From positions 11,948-75,947 of the forward strand of contig DATJWN010000361.1 in assembly GCA_035501235.1 (NCBI GenBank): a DNA stretch of 64,000 nt, in the 5' to 3' direction. Below, piece after piece: positions 18,264 through 28,268 of the stretch. The notes beneath the pieces were generated by a model. It saw only the letters and a list, made by a program, of their open reading frames with translations. It was not told where the DNA came from and did not search any database. Source of the stretch: Reyranella sp. (GTDB taxonomy: Bacteria; Pseudomonadota; Alphaproteobacteria; Reyranellales; Reyranellaceae). Position 1 is the first letter of the stretch. Every line of letters begins with the position of its first letter. A program made the position numbers and the translations under genes.

Positions 18264-19094
18264 ATGCGTTCCTGCAAGCTCCCGTCCGGCGCGGAAATGC
18301 CGGTGTTCGGCATCGGCACCTGGCGGATGGGCGAAGACGGCCGTCGCCGGGCACAGGAACTCGAGGCGGTGAAATACGCACTCGAGCTCGACTATCCCAT
18401 GATCGACACCGCCGAGATGTACGGCGACGGCGGCGCCGAGGAGATCGTGGGCGCGGCCCTCGCGCGGCGCAAGAAGCGGCCCTTCATCGTGAGCAAGGTC
18501 TATCCGCACAATGCCACGCGGGTCGGCACGGTGGCCGCCTGCGAGCGCAGCCTCAAGCGCCTGCGCATCGAGCGCATCGATCTCTATCTTCTGCACTGGC
18601 GCAGCGGCACCCGTCTGGAGGAGACCTACGACGCCTTCCACCGCCTGCGTACGGCGGGAAAGATCGCCGACTTCGGCGTCAGCAACTTCGACACCACCGA
18701 CATGGAAGAGGCCGCCCGCATCGACAAGGGCCTCACCGCCACCAACCAGGTGCTCTACTGCCTGTCGCGCCGCGGGCCCGAGTACGACCTGCTGCCCTGG
18801 ATGCGCAAGCGCTCGATCCCGCTCATGTCCTACTCGCCGCTCGACCAGGGCCGGCTGCTCGGCAGCGCTGCGCTCAAGAAGCTCGCGGGCGCGGCCGGCT
18901 GCACGGCGGCCCAGCTCGCCATCGCCTGGGTGCTGGCGCAGGACGGCGTCGTCACGATTCCCAAGTCGTCGACCCGCGAGCGGGTGAAGGAAAATCTGGG
19001 CGCCGTCGACGTGAAGCTCTCGCCGCAGATCCTCGCCGAGCTCGACAAAATTTTTCCGCCCCCCAAGCGCAAGCAGTCGCTCGAGATGCTCTGA
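18264..19094 (+). CDS. Aldo/keto reductase
   Basis: FGIGTWRMG, IDTAEMYG, FIVSKV, IDLYLLHW, GVSNF, NQVLY, IPKS. Confidence 0.93.
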   Translation: MRSCKLPSGAEMPVFGIGTWRMGEDGRRRAQELEAVKYALELDYPMIDTAEMYGDGGAEEIVGAALARRKKRPFIVSKVYPHNATRVGTVAACERSLKRLRIERIDLYLLHWRSGTRLEETYDAFHRLRTAGKIADFGVSNFDTTDMEEAARIDKGLTATNQVLYCLSRRGPEYDLLPWMRKRSIPLMSYSPLDQGRLLGSAALKKLAGAAGCTAAQLAIAWVLAQDGVVTIPKSSTRERVKENLGAVDVKLSPQILAELDKIFPPPKRKQSLEML

Positions 19095-19213
19095 AAAAGA
19101 GCAGCTCTCGTTAAAAAATCGGAAATTTAACGGGGTGGCCGACCATACCCGGTCCGAGCGCACGCAAAAGATACACGCTTTCGGTCCGCTCCGCCATTCT
19201 GATCAATGCATCC

Positions 19214-19261
19214 TGTCATCCTGAGCGGAGCGAAGGATCCTTCGCTTCGCTCAGGATGACA
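19214..19261. repeat. REP-like 48-nt near-perfect palindrome
   Basis: TGTCATCCTGAGCG-G-AGCGAAG-GATC-CTTCGCT-T-CGCTCAGGATGACA; overlaps the ybeY stop codon. Confidence 0.85.
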
Positions 19262-19715
19262 GAAGGTAGGGGTCCCCAATCCCGAGCTTCTTCAGGATGC
19301 GCAGCTCCAACGCTTCCATGCGTTCGGCATCAGCCGCGCTCGTCTCGTGGTCGTGGCCCAGGAGATGCAACGTGCCGTGCACGATCAGATGCGTGAGATG
19401 GTCGGCGGGGGTCTTCTTCTGCTCCCGCGCCTCGCGCCACACGGTCTGGCGGGCCAGCACGATGTCGCCGAGGAAGGCTTTCTCGCCCGAGGGATAGGAC
19501 AGCACGTTCGTCGGCTTGTCCTTGCGGCGGTCGCGCTTGTTGAGAGCCCTCACCTGCCGGTCGTCGGCAAGCGCCACGGTCAGTGACGCGATGCGCCGGC
19601 CCAGCGCCGCGCGGGCCGCGCGCCGGACCAGCCGCTCGACGCCGGGCAGGGCTATCGCCCAGGCCGCGTCGAGCAGGACGACGTCAGCCTTTGCTCTTCT
19701 TGTCGCGCGCGTCAT
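19251..19715 (-). CDS. ybeY: rRNA maturation endoribonuclease YbeY
   Basis: [29 protein letters not shown] metal-binding motif. Confidence 0.95.
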   Translation of the reverse strand: MTRATRRAKADVVLLDAAWAIALPGVERLVRRAARAALGRRIASLTVALADDRQVRALNKRDRRKDKPTNVLSYPSGEKAFLGDIVLARQTVWREAREQKKTPADHLTHLIVHGTLHLLGHDHETSAADAERMEALELRILKKLGIGDPYLLSS

Positions 19716-20631
19716 AGGCCTCGACGATGCGGGTCACCAGGTCGTGGCGCACGACGTCCCTGGCCGTGAGCCGCACGAAGCGGATGCCTTCGACCGCTTC
19801 GAGCGTGTCGACCGCGTCGGTGAGGCCCGAGCGCTGGTTGTTCGGCAAATCGGTCTGGCTGGGATCGCCCGTCACCACCATGCGCGAGCCCTCGCCGAGA
19901 CGGGTCAGGAACATGCGCATCTGCATGGGCGTCGTGTTCTGCGCCTCGTCGAGGATGACGTAGCAATGGGCGAGCGTGCGGCCGCGCATGAAGGCGAGCG
20001 GCGCGATCTCGATCTCGCCTTCCTCCATGCGCTTGGCGATCTGCTCGGCGGGAATCATGTCATGCAGCGCGTCGTAGAGCGGCCGCAGATAGGGGTCGAT
20101 CTTGTCCTTCATGTCGCCGGGCAGGAAACCCAGCTTCTCGCCCGCCTCGACCGCGGGCCGCGACAGGACGATGCGCTCGACCTTGCCGGCGAGCAGCAGC
20201 GACACGCCCATGGCGACGGCGAGATAGGTCTTGCCGCTGCCCGCCGGCCCCAGGGCAAAGACCATGTCCCGCTCGCGCAAGGCCTGCAGGTAGGCGCGCT
20301 GGCCGGGCGAGCGCGCATCGACCGTGCGGCGGCGGGTGCGGATGCCCTCGCCGTCGGCATTGTCGCCGCCGCTCCTGGCGAAGCGGACGGCGGCGTCGAC
20401 ATCGGCCATCTCGACCGAGAGGCCGCGCTTCAGCCGCTCGTAGAGGCCCGTCAGCGTCTTGTGGGCGACGGCGACATTGTCGTTGTCGCCGGCGATGTCG
20501 ACCTGGTTGCCGCGCGCGTTCAGCTGCACGCCCGCCAGCTGCTCGATCCTCACGAGATTGCTGTCGTGGTTGCCGTAGAGCTGGGCGATCATCGCATTGT
20601 CGTCGAACGACATCCGCCTGGTGACGCTCAC
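19684..20631 (-). CDS. phoH: PhoH family ATPase
   Basis: [43 protein letters not shown]; GTG start overlapping the miaB stop. Confidence 0.95.
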   Translation of the reverse strand: MSVTRRMSFDDNAMIAQLYGNHDSNLVRIEQLAGVQLNARGNQVDIAGDNDNVAVAHKTLTGLYERLKRGLSVEMADVDAAVRFARSGGDNADGEGIRTRRRTVDARSPGQRAYLQALRERDMVFALGPAGSGKTYLAVAMGVSLLLAGKVERIVLSRPAVEAGEKLGFLPGDMKDKIDPYLRPLYDALHDMIPAEQIAKRMEEGEIEIAPLAFMRGRTLAHCYVILDEAQNTTPMQMRMFLTRLGEGSRMVVTGDPSQTDLPNNQRSGLTDAVDTLEAVEGIRFVRLTARDVVRHDLVTRIVEAYDARDKKSKG

Positions 20632-22037
20632 GCGGCAACCTCGAGTGTCGAGACGATCTCGCCGCCGAGGCTGACCGTATGCGCCGAGACAATGCGCACA
20701 TCGGCGATCCGGCCGATCAGCGACGGCGGCGCCTCGACATGGACCGACTGCAGCCACGGCGTCTTGCCCAGCACCTGGCCCGGCTTGCGGCCCGCTTCGG
20801 CAAACAGCACGGGCACCGTGGCGCCGACCTTGGTCTCATTGAAGGCGTGCTGCTGTTGGCCGATCAGCGCCTGAAGCGCGGCCAGGCGCGCGGCCTTCAC
20901 AGCCTCCGGCACCTGATCGGCGAGGGCCGCGCCTGGCGTGCCGGGACGGCGGCTGTACTTGAAGGAGAAGGCCGCCGCGAAGCCCACCTCGTCGATGAGC
21001 TTCATCGTGTCGTCGAAATCCGCGTCGCTCTCGCCCGGAAAACCGACGATGAAATCGGACGACAAAGCGAGATCGGGCCGCACCTCGCGCAGGCGATCGG
21101 CGATCGAGCGGAACCGGTCGCGACCATGGCCGCGGTTCATCGCTTCGAGGATGCGATCCGAACCCGACTGCACCGGCAGATGCAGGTACGGCATGAGCTG
21201 CGGCACCTCGCCGTGCGCGGCGATCAGATCGTCGTCCATGTCGCGCGGGTGCGAGGTCGTGTAGCGGATGCGCTGCAGGCCCTCGAGCTCGGCAAGCGCC
21301 CGGATGAGTCGCGCGAGCGACCAAGTCGAACCGTTCGCCGCTTCGCCGTGATAGGCGTTTACGTTCTGGCCCAGCAGCGTGAGCTCGATCGCGCCCGCGG
21401 CGATCAGCTGGCGCGCCTCGGCCAGCACGGCCGCCACCGGCCGCGAATACTCCGCGCCGCGCGTATAGGGCACGACGCAGAAGGTGCAGAACTTGTCGCA
21501 GCCTTCCTGAATCGACAGGAATGCCGAGCCGGCACGGATGCCCTGCGGCGCCGGCAGATGGTCGAACTTGCTCTCAGGCGGAAACTCCGTGTCGAGCACG
21601 CCCGCGCCCGGCAGGCGCTTGCCGGCCTTCAGGATCGCGGCCTTGCGTTCGGCCTCGGCGAGGAGCTGCGGCAGGCGATGGTAGGCCTGCGGGCCGACCA
21701 CGATATCGACGGCGGGCTGCCGGCGCGCGATCTCCCCGCCCTCGGCCTGGGCGACGCAGCCCGCGACGGCGATGGTGAGGTCACGTCCTGCGGCACGGCG
21801 CTCGTGCTTGAGGTCGCGGAGCCGGCCGAGCTCGGAATAGACCTTCTCCGAGGCATGCTCGCGGATATGGCAGGTGTTCAGCACGACCAGGTCCGCCTGG
21901 TCTGGAGCCTCCGACAGCGCATAGCCCAGCGGCCGCAGGACATCGGCCATGCGGTCCGAGTCATAGACGTTCATCTGGCACCCGTAGGTGCGGATGAACA
22001 CGCGCTTACGCTGCCCTGGTGTAGGGGCGAGGGTCAT
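20628..22037 (-). CDS. miaB: tRNA-2-methylthio-N6-dimethylallyladenosine synthase
   Basis: [18 protein letters not shown], radical [18 protein letters not shown]-terminal TRAM domain. Confidence 0.97.
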   Translation of the reverse strand: MTLAPTPGQRKRVFIRTYGCQMNVYDSDRMADVLRPLGYALSEAPDQADLVVLNTCHIREHASEKVYSELGRLRDLKHERRAAGRDLTIAVAGCVAQAEGGEIARRQPAVDIVVGPQAYHRLPQLLAEAERKAAILKAGKRLPGAGVLDTEFPPESKFDHLPAPQGIRAGSAFLSIQEGCDKFCTFCVVPYTRGAEYSRPVAAVLAEARQLIAAGAIELTLLGQNVNAYHGEAANGSTWSLARLIRALAELEGLQRIRYTTSHPRDMDDDLIAAHGEVPQLMPYLHLPVQSGSDRILEAMNRGHGRDRFRSIADRLREVRPDLALSSDFIVGFPGESDADFDDTMKLIDEVGFAAAFSFKYSRRPGTPGAALADQVPEAVKAARLAALQALIGQQQHAFNETKVGATVPVLFAEAGRKPGQVLGKTPWLQSVHVEAPPSLIGRIADVRIVSAHTVSLGGEIVSTLEVAA

Positions 22038-22076
22038 CGGATTCCGTTGCTGGAACGGCGGCGTTCTATCACCCTC

Positions 22077-22853
22077 TCACTCGCGGCGCCAGACCGGCGG
22101 CCGCTTGGCCAGAAAGGCCTCGACACCCTCGGCGAAGTCGGCGGTCTCGGCGAGCTCGACCACGGTTTCGAGCTCGAATTCCATGCCCTCTTCGAAGCTC
22201 ATGCCGCCCCCCAGGGTCACTGTGCGGCGGATGGCGGACAATGCCGCCGGCGACTTGGCCGCCAGCTCCTCGCCATAGGCCTGCACGCGGGCCCGGAGCG
22301 CTTGCGGCTCGACCAGCTCATCGACCAGACCCCAGGCATGCGCCTCGGCCGCCGATATCAGTTTGCCGTCATAGAGGTAGCGCAGGGCGCGCGGCCGTCC
22401 GATCAGCCGCGCCAGCGCCTGCGTCGTGGCGATGGGCGGAATGAAGCCGATCTTCACCTCGGGCTGACCGAACCGTGCGTCGGTCGCGGCGAAGCGCACG
22501 TCGCAATGGAGCACGATCTCGAGGCCACCGCCCACGGCCGTTCCGTGGATGGCGGCGAGCAGCGGCTTCTGCGACTGGCGCAGCAGGCGAACGATGTCGT
22601 GGCAGCGACTCGTCCAGGCGCGCGCTCCCGGCCCCTTCATGCCCTTGAAGGCGTTGAGGTCGGCGCCGGCACTGAAATAACCGGGCACGGCGCTGGCGAT
22701 CGCGAGCACGTGCACCTCGGGATCGGCGAGCGCGGCGGCGATGCCGTCGTGCGTCTCGTCGACCATCTGGCGCGTGAAGGCGTTGACCGGCGGGCGATCG
22801 TATTCGAGCCAGCCGACATGCCGCTCGACCGTGAAGCGGATGAAGTCAGCCAC
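22077..22853 (-). CDS. Enoyl-CoA hydratase/isomerase family protein
   Basis: FSAGADL, GTAVGGGLEI, FGQPEVKIG crotonase motifs. Confidence 0.92.
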   Translation of the reverse strand: MADFIRFTVERHVGWLEYDRPPVNAFTRQMVDETHDGIAAALADPEVHVLAIASAVPGYFSAGADLNAFKGMKGPGARAWTSRCHDIVRLLRQSQKPLLAAIHGTAVGGGLEIVLHCDVRFAATDARFGQPEVKIGFIPPIATTQALARLIGRPRALRYLYDGKLISAAEAHAWGLVDELVEPQALRARVQAYGEELAAKSPAALSAIRRTVTLGGGMSFEEGMEFELETVVELAETADFAEGVEAFLAKRPPVWRRE

Positions 22854-22860
22854 TACCGCC

Positions 22861-23676
22861 TCAAGCGGCCGCGGCGGGCGGCAGCAGCTCGTAGCGGCCG
22901 GTGTTGGCGGCCTGCACGCCGGTCGAGACCTGGCGGAAGCAGAACTCGGCGAGCTTCTTGCGGTCGCCCAGCTTGTCGATGTCGACCGGCGGGAAGAAGG
23001 TGACGACGGCTTCGGTCTCGCCCAGGCACACCATCTGCCAGAGGTGCGGCACGAGATCGAGATCGCCGAACCAGGCGAAGAGCGGCCGCCAATAGCGGCC
23101 GAGCGGGATGCCGTCGAGCTTGGTGTAGGCGATCGCCACGGGCTGCACGAGGATCGGCTTGTCGTTGCGGCGCAGCTGCGCCACGCCGAAGAGCGCGCTG
23201 CGGAAGGGCAGCACGCGCGTGCCGTCGCTCGACGTGCCTTCAGGGAAGAGCATCAGATTGTCGCCGGTATTGAGACGCCTCAGCATCTCGTCGCGGCTGG
23301 CGCTCGCCTTGCTCGAGGTGCGCTCGACGAAGATGGTGCGTTGCGCCTTGGCGAGCGTCTTGAAGAACGGCCAGGTCGCGACCTCGGCCTTCGCGACGAA
23401 GCTGCCGGGCACCTGGCTCCCCATCACCTCGATGTCGAGATAGGAGACGTGGTTGCAGACATAGAGGGTCGGCGTGACGTCGGAGCGCCGTCCATAGACC
23501 TTCACCTTGATGCCGAGGATGGCGCAGACCATGCGGTGATAGATCACCGGCAGGCCGTTCACGACGCCACGCAGGCCGAGCGCGCGCGCGAGCAGGTGGA
23601 ACGGCAGCAGGAACAGGGTGAGCGCGAGATAGCTCACGAGCCTGAAGATGCCGCGCAGAGGAGAGCCGATCCACAT
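22861..23676 (-). CDS. olsA: Lysophospholipid acyltransferase (OlsA/PlsC-like)
   Basis: NHVSYLD, FPEGTSSDG motifs; directly downstream of the olsB-like gene. Confidence 0.8.
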   Translation of the reverse strand: MWIGSPLRGIFRLVSYLALTLFLLPFHLLARALGLRGVVNGLPVIYHRMVCAILGIKVKVYGRRSDVTPTLYVCNHVSYLDIEVMGSQVPGSFVAKAEVATWPFFKTLAKAQRTIFVERTSSKASASRDEMLRRLNTGDNLMLFPEGTSSDGTRVLPFRSALFGVAQLRRNDKPILVQPVAIAYTKLDGIPLGRYWRPLFAWFGDLDLVPHLWQMVCLGETEAVVTFFPPVDIDKLGDRKKLAEFCFRQVSTGVQAANTGRYELLPPAAAA

Positions 23677-23690
23677 GGAGGTCGGCCGGG

Positions 23691-24539
23691 TCAGTCCTTG
23701 TCGATCGCGCCGCGCTCGTAGTGCCGCATGTACTTCTCGGTCACCAGCTCGGTCTTGACGATGATGAAGACGTCGGTCGAGCCAAACTCGTGGTCGATCA
23801 CCGCGCCGTCTCCGACGAAACCACCCAGCCTGAGATAGCCCTTGATGAGCGGCGCCACGCGGGCGAGCGCGCGGCGCGGCTCGTAGCTGCCGGGCGCCAT
23901 CGTGTTCATCTCGACATAGCGATGCGGCAGCGCCCGCGCGCGAATCTCCGGCGGCGCGAGATGGTTCTGATAGAGATAGGAGAGCGCCTGCGCATGCTGC
24001 ACCGGATCAGTGCCCGGCATGCTGGCGCAGCCGAACATGAGCTGGATGTTGTAGTGGTAGGCATAGAGCGCGATGCCGCGCCACAGCATCTGCATGGTCG
24101 CAGTGTTGCGCGCGTCCTTCGCGATGCAGGAGCGGCCGAGCTCGAGCACCTCGCCCGGATAGTCGATGACCTTCTGGATGTCGTACTCGGCCGACGAATA
24201 GAAGCGGCCGGCCTTCGCCGCCGCCGCGCGGCGCATCAGGCGATAGGTGCCGACGATTCCCTCCGGCCCCTCGCCGCGACGGCGATCGAGTACCAGCAGG
24301 TGATCGCAGACATCGTCGAACGGATCGAAGTCGCGCTTGGCCGCGGCCATCTCGGGCGTCGCCTGCGCCGACATCTCCTCGTAGAAGATGCGATAGCGCA
24401 ACGCCTGCGCAGCATCGATCTCGGCCGCGGTCTGCGCCAGCCGGACTTCGAAGTCGCCGGCGACCACCTTGACGATCTCGCGATTTGAAATCGGAGGGCC
24501 AAGGAGCTCGGCTTCGCCTTCAGCATGGTCAATGCGCAT
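23691..24539 (-). CDS. olsB: GNAT-fold L-ornithine N-acyltransferase (ornithine lipid synthesis)
   Basis: AQALRYRIFYEEM, DFDPFDDVCDHLLV, VGTYRL, ELGRSC, PLIKGYLRLG. Confidence 0.88.
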   Translation of the reverse strand: MRIDHAEGEAELLGPPISNREIVKVVAGDFEVRLAQTAAEIDAAQALRYRIFYEEMSAQATPEMAAAKRDFDPFDDVCDHLLVLDRRRGEGPEGIVGTYRLMRRAAAAKAGRFYSSAEYDIQKVIDYPGEVLELGRSCIAKDARNTATMQMLWRGIALYAYHYNIQLMFGCASMPGTDPVQHAQALSYLYQNHLAPPEIRARALPHRYVEMNTMAPGSYEPRRALARVAPLIKGYLRLGGFVGDGAVIDHEFGSTDVFIIVKTELVTEKYMRHYERGAIDKD

Positions 24540-24608
24540 GCTTCATCCGCAGGGAGACCGCCCCGGTCATCCCGCCATTATCGGGGCGGCGGAGGTTGCG
24601 TCTAGTGC

Positions 24609-25046
24609 TCATTTCTGCCGGTCTGACTTTCCATCCAGGGGCACGCCGTAAAGCTCAAGCCGGTGGCCGACAAGCCGATATCCGGCCTTTTCGGCGATGC
24701 GGCGCTGCAGTTCCTCGATCTCGTCGTTGTGGAATTCCACGACCCTTCCCGTCTGGATGTCGATCAGGTGGTCGTGGTGCTCCTCGGGCGTTTCCTCGTA
24801 GCGGGCTCGGCCATCGCCGAAATCGTGCTTGGCGAGGATGCCCGCCTCCTCGAACAGCCGCACGGTGCGATAGACAGTGGCGATCGAGATGTTGGGATCC
24901 ACGGCCGTCGCGCGCTTGTGCAGGGCCTCGACATCGGGATGGTCCGACGATTCGGAAAGGACGCGCGCAATCACGCGGCGCTGGTCGGTCATCTTGAGAC
25001 CGCGCTCGGCGCAGAGTGCCTCGAGCTTGGACTTGTGGTCGGCCAT
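24609..25046 (-). CDS. fur: Fur family metal-responsive regulator (Fur/Mur)
   Basis: MTDQRRVIARVL, HPDVE, SIATVYRTVRLFEEAG, HHDHLID. Confidence 0.93.
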   Translation of the reverse strand: MADHKSKLEALCAERGLKMTDQRRVIARVLSESSDHPDVEALHKRATAVDPNISIATVYRTVRLFEEAGILAKHDFGDGRARYEETPEEHHDHLIDIQTGRVVEFHNDEIEELQRRIAEKAGYRLVGHRLELYGVPLDGKSDRQK

Positions 25047-25092
25047 GTCAGGCCACCCTACACCGGCCGGTGGACGGGGTATAGTTGGCGCC

Positions 25093-25326
25093 ATGTCGGC
25101 AGCCCCTGACCAGTCGATCGATATCACGGGCGAGGTTTGTCCCATGACCTTCGTGCGCACCAAGCTCAGGCTGGAGCGGATGAGATCGGGCGACGTCTTG
25201 AGCGTGCGCTTGCGCGGCGAGGAGCCACTGCGCAACGTCCCCAAGGCTGCCCGAGACGAGGGCCACACCATCTTGGGGATTGTAGCCGACGGCAATGACC
25301 ATATCGTGACGATCCGCGTTAAGTGA
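25093..25326 (+). CDS. tusA: TusA/SirA-like sulfurtransferase
   Basis: IDITGEVCPMTFVRTKLRLE...SGDVLSV; 77 aa. Confidence 0.82.
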   Translation: MSAAPDQSIDITGEVCPMTFVRTKLRLERMRSGDVLSVRLRGEEPLRNVPKAARDEGHTILGIVADGNDHIVTIRVK

Positions 25327-25337
25327 GTCGTAAACGG

Positions 25338-25808
25338 TCATTTGAGAGCGAGTCGGAGAACCACGGCATCGACAGCGAGATATGCGCCGCGCATGTAGTA
25401 GCCGCGCCGTCTCCCGACCTCCTTGAAGCCGGCCTGTGCATAAAGCGCCTGGGCTGCCGGATTGTCGGCGGCCACTTCCAGGAAGAGCGTTGCCGCGCCC
25501 CGCGTGCACGACGCTGCGATGATCTCGCCCAACAGGGCCCGGCCTGCACCGCGCCGACGATGGTCCGCCGAGACGGCGATGGTCAGCAGCTCGGCCTCGT
25601 CGGCGGCGACGCGGCACAGGGCGAAGCCGATATCCATCCCGTCGCTCCGGAGGAACAGGCCGAAGACGCCGGGCGAGACCAGCAGTTCGGCCATGTCCTG
25701 CCGCGTCCAGGCGCGCTCGCCCATCACCGCGATACCCTCGCGATGGAAGCGTGCGGCGAGATCGAGATCGGGCGCGCCGAACGGACGAAAGGCGAAGAGC
25801 GCGCTCAC
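25338..25808 (-). CDS. rimI: Ribosomal-protein-alanine N-acetyltransferase
   Basis: ADEAELLTIAV, RRRGAG, LFLEVAADN, RRRGYY; follows tsaB. Confidence 0.9.
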   Translation of the reverse strand: MSALFAFRPFGAPDLDLAARFHREGIAVMGERAWTRQDMAELLVSPGVFGLFLRSDGMDIGFALCRVAADEAELLTIAVSADHRRRGAGRALLGEIIAASCTRGAATLFLEVAADNPAAQALYAQAGFKEVGRRRGYYMRGAYLAVDAVVLRLALK

Positions 25809-26474
25809 TCAATCGACCGTCAATCGCGTGCCGTCGGGCGCGGTGACGTTGACACCGCGCAGATAGACCGGTCGCGGCAGGCCTTCGGTGCGGTTGCGTT
25901 CGCGCCAGCGCTCGATGCCCTCCTTCAAGGCAAGCCGCGCCACGACGGACGCGTCGGGCCAGGCAACGTCGGCTTCGGCGCCCGGAAGCAACGGCGCCAG
26001 CGCCCCGGCTTGGGGCCCGATGATCAGGCTGGATCGTCCGGCCAGTCGTTCGGCGAGCGCCGCGGTCGAGGCGAGGAACGGACTTCGCGGCGCCTCCGCC
26101 GTGGCGCAGAACCAGTCGCCGAGATGGCTGTCGATGGCCGCGACCGCGAGACGGCCGCTCTCGGGCGCCTGCGCGAGCAGGGTCTCGGTGGTGGCGATGC
26201 CGGCGAGCGGGATGGCAAGAGCGACGCTCAACCCGCGCGCGGCGGCAAGGCCCACGCGCACGCCGGTGAAGCTGCCGGGCCCGATCGTGGTTGCGATCAT
26301 CGAGAGCGCGCGCTTGGGCACGCCGGCCTTGTCGAGCAGCTCGGCGATCGCAGGCAACAGGCGTGCAGCCTGCTCGCGGCCTTCCTCGCGATGGACGGCC
26401 AGCACCTCGCCGTCGCGCACCACGGCAAGCGTGAGGCCGCTCACGGCGCAATCGTAGGCAAGGACGAGGCTCAT
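25809..26474 (-). CDS. tsaB: t6A tRNA modification protein TsaB
   Basis: VLAYDCA, TIGPGSFTGVRVGLAAARGL, PRPVYLR. Confidence 0.92.
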   Translation of the reverse strand: MSLVLAYDCAVSGLTLAVVRDGEVLAVHREEGREQAARLLPAIAELLDKAGVPKRALSMIATTIGPGSFTGVRVGLAAARGLSVALAIPLAGIATTETLLAQAPESGRLAVAAIDSHLGDWFCATAEAPRSPFLASTAALAERLAGRSSLIIGPQAGALAPLLPGAEADVAWPDASVVARLALKEGIERWRERNRTEGLPRPVYLRGVNVTAPDGTRLTVD

Positions 26475-26489
26475 CGGTAAGGTGCGGTC

Positions 26490-27059
26490 ATGAAGCTCGA
26501 TCTGGTGGCGATTGATCCGGCCGACTTCGATGTCGACGTCGCTCTCGCCTATGCGACGGACGCCAATCTAACGGGCCGGCCGGTCTATCAAAACGCCGAA
26601 TGCTGGCTGCAGGCCGAGGCAGCGGACAAGCTCCGGGCTGCCGTGGCGATCGCCCGGCCGCTCGGCTATCGGCTCAGGATCTTCGACGCGCTGCGGCCGG
26701 TCGAGGCGCAGTGGGCGTTGTGGAACGTCAATCCCGATCCGGAATTCCTCGCCGATCCCCGGCGCGGCTCGCCGCATTCGCGCGGCGTCGCCGTCGACCT
26801 CACGCTGATCGATGCGCAAGGCCGCGAGCTCGACATGGGCACGGGCTTCGATGCCTTCACACCGCTCTCCCACCACGGCCGCACCGACATTTCGGCCGGA
26901 GCGCAGGCCAACCGGCTGACTCTGATGGGCCTCATGACCACGGCGGGCTGGGACTTCTATCGCAACGAATGGTGGCACTATCAGCTCTTCGACCCGCGGC
27001 GCTATCCGCTCGTGTCGGACAGCGACCTGCCGCGTTCGATGATGAAAGCGGCGGCCTAG
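26490..27059 (+). CDS. ddpX: D-alanyl-D-alanine dipeptidase (VanX family)
   Basis: YATDANLTG, IFDALRP, GSPHSRGVAVDLTL, DMGTGFD, EWWHY. Confidence 0.93.
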   Translation: MKLDLVAIDPADFDVDVALAYATDANLTGRPVYQNAECWLQAEAADKLRAAVAIARPLGYRLRIFDALRPVEAQWALWNVNPDPEFLADPRRGSPHSRGVAVDLTLIDAQGRELDMGTGFDAFTPLSHHGRTDISAGAQANRLTLMGLMTTAGWDFYRNEWWHYQLFDPRRYPLVSDSDLPRSMMKAAA

Positions 27060-28156
27060 AAGCTCGAGAGCTTCGCCTTGTCGAAATCCGTGAGCTTGTC
27101 GTCGCGGATCACCTGACGGATGAAGCCGACATATTGCTGGCCGAGCTCGGAGTAGCGCACGAGCTGGCCCACGAGCTTGTAGCCGTCGATGCTCTCGCCG
27201 CGCTCACGCATGGCCGCGCGCTCGGCGCGGAAGGCGGAATAGGCCGGATGGGTGTTGAGGTTGACGACATAGGCCTCGGCCGCCTCGCCGACATTGGCGA
27301 AGGGCTGCGGCATGCCCGCGCCCGGCCGCCACGGCACGGAGACGGCGTGATTGCCGGCCGACTGGATCTGGCCGAACAGGGCATTGCCGCTGCGCGCGGC
27401 GAAGGACGTGCCCCAGCCCGACTCGACGCCGCTCTGCGCGATCGCCATCGAGGGCGGGACGATGTCGACGCGGCGCACCAGCTCGTCGAGCTTGTCGGCG
27501 GGCGTGTCGTACTTGGTCGCGAGCTGCTCCAGCCAGAAGCGCTCGATCGAGGTGATGCCGGCAGTCGTCGCGAGCTTGCCCCGCAGATAGAGGAGCTGTT
27601 CGCGCTCGACGAGCACGCGCTGGTTCACCTCGAGGATCACCGGCAGCAGCGCGGTGATGAACAGCGACTTGCGGATGTTGCCATCCTTGTAGACGAGGTC
27701 ATCGGGCACGCGCTCGACGCGGATGGGCGGCACCGCCTCGCCCTGGCGCACATCGGTCAGCGTATAGGAGGCGTCGCGGAAGAAGCCGGCGAGCTCGTCC
27801 GACGTGCGCGGGTTGATCGGCCGGAGCTGCACCTGGCGGCGCACGGCATTGCCGGGCGCCGCGAAGCGGCCATGGCCGCCTTCGATGTCGCGCGAGAGCG
27901 AGGCGAAAGTGCCGGTGTCTTCCGCTTCGACGGCATCGTGGCGCACGAAGGTGAGCGCCGAGGTATAGCCATTGAGGGCTAGGAAGCTCGGGGGCTTCGG
28001 CGCCGCCGGACCCTCCTTGAACGACAGGAGCGCCTTGGCATCCATCGGCTGTTGGGGCTCGCGCAGGCCCACGCCCGCCGTCAGCACAGCCACCCAGACC
28101 ACCGGGAAGGCGTAGAAGCGCCCGCGGTCGAGAGCGGGAAGAATCGACGATGCCAT
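27056..28156 (-). CDS. Membrane-anchored glucosaminidase-domain protein (Bax-like peptidoglycan hydrolase)
   Basis: RKSLFITALLP, RVDIVPPSMAIAQSGVESGWGTS...GNALFGQ, YVVNLNTHPAYSAFR. Confidence 0.85.
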   Translation of the reverse strand: MASSILPALDRGRFYAFPVVWVAVLTAGVGLREPQQPMDAKALLSFKEGPAAPKPPSFLALNGYTSALTFVRHDAVEAEDTGTFASLSRDIEGGHGRFAAPGNAVRRQVQLRPINPRTSDELAGFFRDASYTLTDVRQGEAVPPIRVERVPDDLVYKDGNIRKSLFITALLPVILEVNQRVLVEREQLLYLRGKLATTAGITSIERFWLEQLATKYDTPADKLDELVRRVDIVPPSMAIAQSGVESGWGTSFAARSGNALFGQIQSAGNHAVSVPWRPGAGMPQPFANVGEAAEAYVVNLNTHPAYSAFRAERAAMRERGESIDGYKLVGQLVRYSELGQQYVGFIRQVIRDDKLTDFDKAKLSSF

Positions 28157-28268
28157 AATCTACTCACCAGTAGTTGTTCGAACGAACGAGCTACCGTTCG
28201 CGGTCCCGCCCTCGAAAGGAGGGACCGGCGACTCCGATCTAACGCTGTACGCTGAAGCGGCGCTGTGA

